In this document: positions 59,151 through 64,000 of the stretch, one piece after another
Layout of the letters: each line of letters starts with the position of its first letter
How positions within the stretch are numbered: the stretch's first letter is position 1
The notes under the pieces: generated by a model
Databases searched by the model: none
The model's input: only the letters and a program-made list of their open reading frames with translations
Told to the model about the DNA's origin: nothing
Position numbers and translations under genes: made by a program
Assembly: GCA_035271065.1 (NCBI GenBank)
Contig: DATESB010000132.1
Location: forward strand, 6,552-70,551
Length of the DNA stretch: 64,000 nucleotides
Direction of reading: 5' to 3'
DNA from: Lachnospiraceae bacterium
GTDB lineage: Bacteria; Bacillota; Clostridia; Lachnospirales; Lachnospiraceae

Positions 59151-60059
59151 CTATACCTTCGACATCATTGCTCCCTCAACTTTTTTGACTTCCTCAACAG
59201 AAACGCCCAAAAGTTCTGCAACATCCTTAACGGACTTCAGTTTGAGAAGAGCGTTTTCAATAAGTTCTGTCCGTCCTTCTTCTCGTCCTTCGGCACGTCT
59301 GTTGGCAACAAATTCCTCTTCATTAAATTCTGTTAAACTCATTTCCAACACTCCCTTCTCATGCTTTTGAAAGAAACCCTCAAGAAGTTCTTCCTCAACC
59401 GCTTCATTCACTGCTTCCTTGACTGCAATACTTATTTTCATCCCCTGTCTCAACTTTGATTTTACCTTATCAACGTATTTCGCATAATCGGAAAGCGCCT
59501 TGCATTGGCTCATAATATCTTCATTATGCCCTTGATTTATATTATACATGGTAGCTGTCCATTCAAATTCATTTGAGTCTGACTTCTTTTCGTATGCTTC
59601 TGATAATTTAAGTTTAATCATATCCTCAGCATAATCATTACCATTATAAAAAACGATATATTGCGGTCTCGGTATTTTCACCATCCTCTTACCATATAAA
59701 TCAATACCTCGCTCTGTAAGTAATGCCTTGTATAATGATGCAAAATAGAGAAATCCTCTTAGTGGCATATTGAGATTATATGTGCTCTGATGCTCATACA
59801 GACTCAATTCTGAGTCAAGTAATAATGAAACATCATTTTTCATCTTAACATAAATTACATCATCCAATGTCGTTATGGTAATATCATTAGGATTATCGTA
59901 TTGCGTCTCATTAACTGCATTATAAAGACTTAATAACCACTCCTTGTTTTCACCAAATACAAACCTAAATAGCCTGTCCTTGTATTTAACATTTGGTATT
60001 TCATTCCCAATTTTCATTTGTGTGCCTCGCTTTCCCATTTGTACGAATAGATTATCCAA
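59151..60059 (-). CDS. Rpn family recombination-promoting nuclease / putative transposase (PD-(D/E)XK, YhgA-like)
   Basis: KYKDRLFRFVFG N-terminal motif. LYEHQSTYNLNMPLRGFLYF matches the E.Q...n..mp.R core. The start may be M15 (60017, GAGG SD). Confidence 0.75.
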   Translation of the reverse strand: MDNLFVQMGKRGTQMKIGNEIPNVKYKDRLFRFVFGENKEWLLSLYNAVNETQYDNPNDITITTLDDVIYVKMKNDVSLLLDSELSLYEHQSTYNLNMPLRGFLYFASLYKALLTERGIDLYGKRMVKIPRPQYIVFYNGNDYAEDMIKLKLSEAYEKKSDSNEFEWTATMYNINQGHNEDIMSQCKALSDYAKYVDKVKSKLRQGMKISIAVKEAVNEAVEEELLEGFFQKHEKGVLEMSLTEFNEEEFVANRRAEGREEGRTELIENALLKLKSVKDVAELLGVSVEEVKKVEGAMMSKV

Positions 60060-60139
60060 GCAAACGGGAATAGCGAATAAAAACTTCTATTCAATTAATT
60101 GTTTAGTATCTCAATGACTTCATAACTGATTATAGTTAT

Positions 60140-60168
60140 ATTATATGCTTTCGCGAAAGATTGTACAA
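60140..60168 (-). promoter_or_regulatory. Promoter of the Rpn-family gene with a palindrome in the spacer
   Basis: On the minus strand: TTGTAC, 17 nt, TATAAT. The 12-bp perfect palindrome CTTTCGCGAAAG (60148-60159) fills the spacer. Confidence 0.55.
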
Positions 60169-60303
60169 CCTTTAACATTTTATATTTTCACATATATATA
60201 TCACTCAAAAAGTGTAGTCGCAAAGTTATGTATATGATATACTAAAAAAAACTGCTCTGCTGTAATGAAAATTTTACCATAGCACACGGTTGGAGGACAT
60301 TTC

Positions 60304-61446
60304 ATGAAGGATGATAACGAAAAAACAATTGATGCCGATAACGACAGAGTGACCAAATTAAAAGAGAAAATCAATGAACGCTGGCGTTTGAATCTGTTCA
60401 AAATCTGCGTTGTATTAGCCGCAATCTGCAGTATTGCCGAAGTTGTCATCTATTTGATTGATTCCAATACCAAAACTCTGTTTCTGCCTAACCTGCTGTA
60501 TCAATTCAGATTCATCTATATTCCTTCCTTCATGAATCTGATCGTCATACTGCTCACCTATCACTATATCAAAGCGCCAAAATTATCAGATACAGCCAAG
60601 AATATATGGTCCTGTGTTCTAATTTATTTTCTGTGTGCCAACACGCAATTCATACATTATGTATATGGTCCGCTTTTGATGCTACCGATTATATCAATCT
60701 TTGTTTCAATTATGTTTGGTAATCGAAAGTTGACGCGCGGAATTACAATTGCATCGCTGATTTCACTAACTGCTGCATCTATTGTCAGTTCACAAGAATT
60801 ACGTAAAGGCGATCCGCAGCTGCTCATTGATTCTGCGCTTGCCGGACTTGTCATCATTGTTGCACAAATTGGTGCTTCTCTCATGATATCCTATGTCAAT
60901 GAACAATTTGATAATATCGCCAAAAGTAATATGCGTGAGAAAAAATTAATAGAAGAATTACATCTGGATCCCCTCATGGGTATCTTTAACCGCATGGCCT
61001 TAAATGAAAAAACCGAGGAATGTATTAACCTCGGTCTGACAGATGATAATTGCCATATGCTGCTTCTGGATGTAGATAATTTCAAGAAAATCAATGATAC
61101 ATACGGACATTTAAACGGTGACGAGGTACTGATTAAATTGTCCGATACAATTCGACAATTCACAGGACGCAACGTCACCGCTTATCGTTATGGTGGTGAA
61201 GAAATTATATTAATTATGCAGCACTTTTCTTTTGAAAGTGCCTATGAGCTTTCGGAAAAACTACGTTTGGCATTCTCTTCCTTACGATTTGATTTTGCTC
61301 CGAATGAGATTGTCACTTTCAGCGGTGGTCTAGCCACTTTGTTGGAACATGAAACCGCAGGGGATTTCATATCACTTGCCGATCAGGCCCTCTATCAGGC
61401 AAAACGCCTTGGTAAAAATCGCATCATCAAGTACACAGAACTTTAA
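60304..61446 (+). CDS. Membrane-bound diguanylate cyclase (multi-TM sensor + GGDEF)
   Basis: About 6 TM helices, then GGDEF with RYGGEEI active site and FKKINDTYGH. Confidence 0.88.
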   Translation: MKDDNEKTIDADNDRVTKLKEKINERWRLNLFKICVVLAAICSIAEVVIYLIDSNTKTLFLPNLLYQFRFIYIPSFMNLIVILLTYHYIKAPKLSDTAKNIWSCVLIYFLCANTQFIHYVYGPLLMLPIISIFVSIMFGNRKLTRGITIASLISLTAASIVSSQELRKGDPQLLIDSALAGLVIIVAQIGASLMISYVNEQFDNIAKSNMREKKLIEELHLDPLMGIFNRMALNEKTEECINLGLTDDNCHMLLLDVDNFKKINDTYGHLNGDEVLIKLSDTIRQFTGRNVTAYRYGGEEIILIMQHFSFESAYELSEKLRLAFSSLRFDFAPNEIVTFSGGLATLLEHETAGDFISLADQALYQAKRLGKNRIIKYTEL

Positions 61447-61460
61447 GACAACTGTTTACA

Positions 61461-61508
61461 CGGAACTGTAAGATAGCATTTATGCGGAATTGTAATATTG
61501 CATTTACG
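61461..61508. repeat. Imperfect tandem repeat, 2 x 24 nt
   Basis: CGGAACTGTAAGATAGCATTTATG followed by CGGAATTGTAATATTGCATTTACG (20/24 identical), between convergent stop codons. Confidence 0.85.
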
Positions 61509-61520
61509 AAAAATTGCTCT

Positions 61521-63437
61521 TTATCGGCTTCCGCCACCGCTTCCGCCACCTGACGAGCCACCGCCGCCACCGCTTGATGAACTTCCGCCGCTTCCTGCAC
61601 TGGCACCACTGATTCCTGCATTGGATATTGCATTAATCACCGCATATGAGCCGGCATAATCACTATAATAAACAGCATGATTTGTAAAATAGTCCGGATA
61701 AATTGCTCTGAATTGTTCTGCTATCGCATCTGCCATTCCGAAAATCTGTGCAACAATCAAATATTGATCCCAAAGCGTCACCTCTTCAGGCTGACGTTCA
61801 TTGATTAATGTAAAGTCCTTCAAAAAGTTCTTAAACTGATACAAATTGATAATTTCTGCTCTTCCGCTCTCTGTAAATGCTTCCTGAGAAACAAGTGAAA
61901 ATCCAAGCATTCCGGAGGACGGTATCTTTCCAAGATATAAATGATCTGTCATGTATAGTTTCCCGGCCGCCTCTATTTCCTGCATCATACTGTTCACTTC
62001 GGCATGATTGCTGCGCGCCCATCGATACATTTCTTTTTCCTGCAGGATATTGTCTCCTCCGCTTGCCTCAACCAGTAAATTAAACAATCGTCTCTCTGTA
62101 TGATTTTCCAAATTCTCAGGTATATTGCGCAAAACCACAGAAGGTGCTTCTGCCCCAAGTGCTCCACCGAGTCCTTCTTTTCTTTCCTGTCTGATTTCCA
62201 CATCTCCCGATTGCAGCCATTTCAAAAGATATGCCCCAATGACATGATTCTTTCCTTCATTTAGGCACATCATGCTGCTTGCTGCCGATACTGCTGATAT
62301 ATGGCACTGAAACGGCACTTCACGCGAATAATCTGTGATTGTTTTCTTTTCATTCATCACATATGCAGTTGGATAGGCTTTTCCCATCAGGCTTTCAGAT
62401 ACCTCATCCCCATCTTTTCTACTGCTAAAGAGTGTCCAAATAAAAATAATAACGGGAAACAAAGGATTCAAAAAAGTTGAAAGAATCAGCACCACCCAGA
62501 ATGCAGGTTTGGCATAAAATTTCACATGTTTTTGATGACTCAAATATTCCCTTGCCTCTTCAAATGTAGTCACCCTACTGTTCTTCTTGGCAACACGACT
62601 CATATACACCAATAACACTATAAAAACAACAATGAAAAGTACAACCATTCCAATCACAAAAATATCTCCCGTATCACGGTTTTCCTGATCATAATCACTT
62701 CCTTCAAGCGCTCGATCAAGCATTTCATCAAAAGAACCGCCTACGATATTGGTTGTATCAAACATCTCTCGCGGAAAACGACACATAACTGTTACATAAT
62801 CGTTGCTGCCGAGACTGCTGTTGCTCGTTGCAGATACCAATCCATTTTCTATATAAATAAAACCCTCAAAACCAAATGCCCATACACCGACATCATCTGT
62901 TGTAAATTCCGTACCCGGTTTTGTCACCGTAACTAAGATACGCTGCGGCGGACTTGACAATTCATCATTAATCACACGTTGATTAAACCCGCAATAATCA
63001 TCAAAGCCCTTTACAAAATCAGTCATATGATAATTCACGGTAAACACATGATCGCCGTAACTTCCGACACCCCAACAGAGTTCATAACTACCATTTCCTT
63101 TATCGACAATTCCGCACTTTCCTGCTTTTTCTTCAATGGAGCGGTCAACATCCCAGTATCCTTCATTCTCGTAAACAGTTCCTGTTTCATCCATAACCGA
63201 GAAATCCTGAATTTCTATTTTCCCAAGGTTGCCCTGAGCCAGATACCATTCTGTACCGTCAGCCACCTGCACATCCCATGTCTCCGTTACATCGGCACTG
63301 CCATCCTGATTCAATTCAATGTAAATATCAACACTGTAAATCTCCGGAGTATAAGCATACACAGATTCCGGTGCAACAAATAGTATAGATACAAGGCATA
63401 CGCCAACAAAAGCCAACAATTTCTTCATGTAACTCAT
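61521..63437 (-). CDS. DUF2207 domain membrane protein with Gly/Ser-rich C-terminal tail
   Basis: Signal peptide, a large extracytoplasmic N-domain, TM helices, a cytoplasmic domain, and the tail SGGGGGSSGGGSGGGSR. Follows a LemA gene, as is usual. Confidence 0.78.
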   Translation of the reverse strand: MSYMKKLLAFVGVCLVSILFVAPESVYAYTPEIYSVDIYIELNQDGSADVTETWDVQVADGTEWYLAQGNLGKIEIQDFSVMDETGTVYENEGYWDVDRSIEEKAGKCGIVDKGNGSYELCWGVGSYGDHVFTVNYHMTDFVKGFDDYCGFNQRVINDELSSPPQRILVTVTKPGTEFTTDDVGVWAFGFEGFIYIENGLVSATSNSSLGSNDYVTVMCRFPREMFDTTNIVGGSFDEMLDRALEGSDYDQENRDTGDIFVIGMVVLFIVVFIVLLVYMSRVAKKNSRVTTFEEAREYLSHQKHVKFYAKPAFWVVLILSTFLNPLFPVIIFIWTLFSSRKDGDEVSESLMGKAYPTAYVMNEKKTITDYSREVPFQCHISAVSAASSMMCLNEGKNHVIGAYLLKWLQSGDVEIRQERKEGLGGALGAEAPSVVLRNIPENLENHTERRLFNLLVEASGGDNILQEKEMYRWARSNHAEVNSMMQEIEAAGKLYMTDHLYLGKIPSSGMLGFSLVSQEAFTESGRAEIINLYQFKNFLKDFTLINERQPEEVTLWDQYLIVAQIFGMADAIAEQFRAIYPDYFTNHAVYYSDYAGSYAVINAISNAGISGASAGSGGSSSSGGGGGSSGGGSGGGSR

Positions 63438-63465
63438 TGTATCTCCCCTTTATTCTAAAAATCTC

Positions 63466-64000
63466 TTACATCTGCGGTACTTCTGTCTTTGCTTCATCTG
63501 TCTGTAAGTAATCTCTTACACTGAACCCAAACATTCCGGCAAAGATCATAGACGGAAACTGTCTGACCAAACGATTGAACTTCGTTACCGTATCATTATA
63601 AGTCATACGGCTCATTCGCACCTTGTTCTCATAATCATTGACACTGTCCATCGTCGTAATGTAAACCTGATCTGCTTTCAAATCCGGATAAGCTTCTGCA
63701 AGGGCAAATAATTTACCTGAAACCTGCTGCAATAACTTCTCCTGCTCCTCTACTTCAGAAGCACTGCTCTTTGGTGAAATATTCTTCCTTTCACCAACAA
63801 TAGACATCAAGGTTTGATATTCATAATCCGAATACTTCTGTGTCATTTTCGAAAGATTTACAAGTGCATCCCAACGGGATGTCTGCTGTACTCCAATCTG
63901 AGACAACGCATTCCCACAGAGTTCGTCGGTGTTCACCAAATTTCTCTGTGTCGAAATTGCAATTGCTGCAACGATAACAACCACAACAATCAATACAATC
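63466..64000 (-). CDS. LemA family protein (N-terminus runs off the right edge)
   Basis: TM anchor, then the LemA pattern (…QIGVQQTSRWDALVNL…YNDTVTKFNRLVRQFPSMIFAGMFGF). The frame stays open to position 64000. Confidence 0.85.
   Translation of the reverse strand, partial: IVLIVVVVIVAAIAISTQRNLVNTDELCGNALSQIGVQQTSRWDALVNLSKMTQKYSDYEYQTLMSIVGERKNISPKSSASEVEEQEKLLQQVSGKLFALAEAYPDLKADQVYITTMDSVNDYENKVRMSRMTYNDTVTKFNRLVRQFPSMIFAGMFGFSVRDYLQTDEAKTEVPQM

Noticed and set aside
60201-60449. 82-aa minus-strand ORF overlapping the start of the plus-strand GGDEF gene
   Set aside because: No SD is present, it is antisense to a well-supported gene, and the hydrophobic low-complexity translation comes from AT-rich DNA.
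61521-61620. Short-period GGN/GCC repeats that could look like a repeat array
   Set aside because: They encode the Gly/Ser-rich C-terminal tail of the DUF2207 protein. There is no spacer-repeat organisation. No CRISPR-like array or cas gene exists anywhere in the window.

Overview
This 64-kb window looks like a low-GC Firmicutes (Clostridia-like) chromosome; that assignment is inferred from gene content and synteny only. It is almost entirely transcribed on the minus strand; only the 1419-aa activase/dehydratase fusion at 35070-39329 and a GGDEF gene at 60304-61446 are on plus.

Most of the window is conserved housekeeping:
- a Na+-pumping biotin-dependent decarboxylase operon
- two DD-carboxypeptidases, scpAB, rpsU (under 60 aa, so absent from the ORF track), alaS, asnA, pyk, ppdK, glyQS
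- recO-yqzL-era, ligA-metA
- the classic ylxM-ffh-rpsP-ylqC-rimM-trmD-rplS-rbgA-rnhB-ylqG/H-like block

I saw no rRNA, tRNA, CRISPR array, integrase or transposase.

Non-core pockets that deserve a second look:
1. 18.6-22.9 kb holds an NTF2-like::LytTR regulator and a decayed ATPase gene. The ATPase start codon and body are separated by a 2.6-kb cassette bracketed by an exact 15-bp direct repeat. The cassette carries three 34-bp-phased repeats and an intact AAA/DUF4143 ATPase.
2. 39.4-41.6 kb encodes a kinase-less membrane-PAS-REC-Hpt protein whose receiver has Asn at the phospho-acceptor position, translationally coupled to a stand-alone Hpt.
3. 58.3-60.2 kb has a HipA_C-only kinase overlapping ylxM. 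Next to it is an Rpn-family nuclease gene with a well-placed internal SD+ATG, as expected for an intragenic antitoxin. Each gene has a palindrome inside its promoter.
4. An ABC exporter pair is wedged between ffh and rpsP.
5. The ppdK leader has a promoter-terminator-uORF layout.

None of these is proven to be a new system. All functional calls rest on reading motifs by eye, without database searches.
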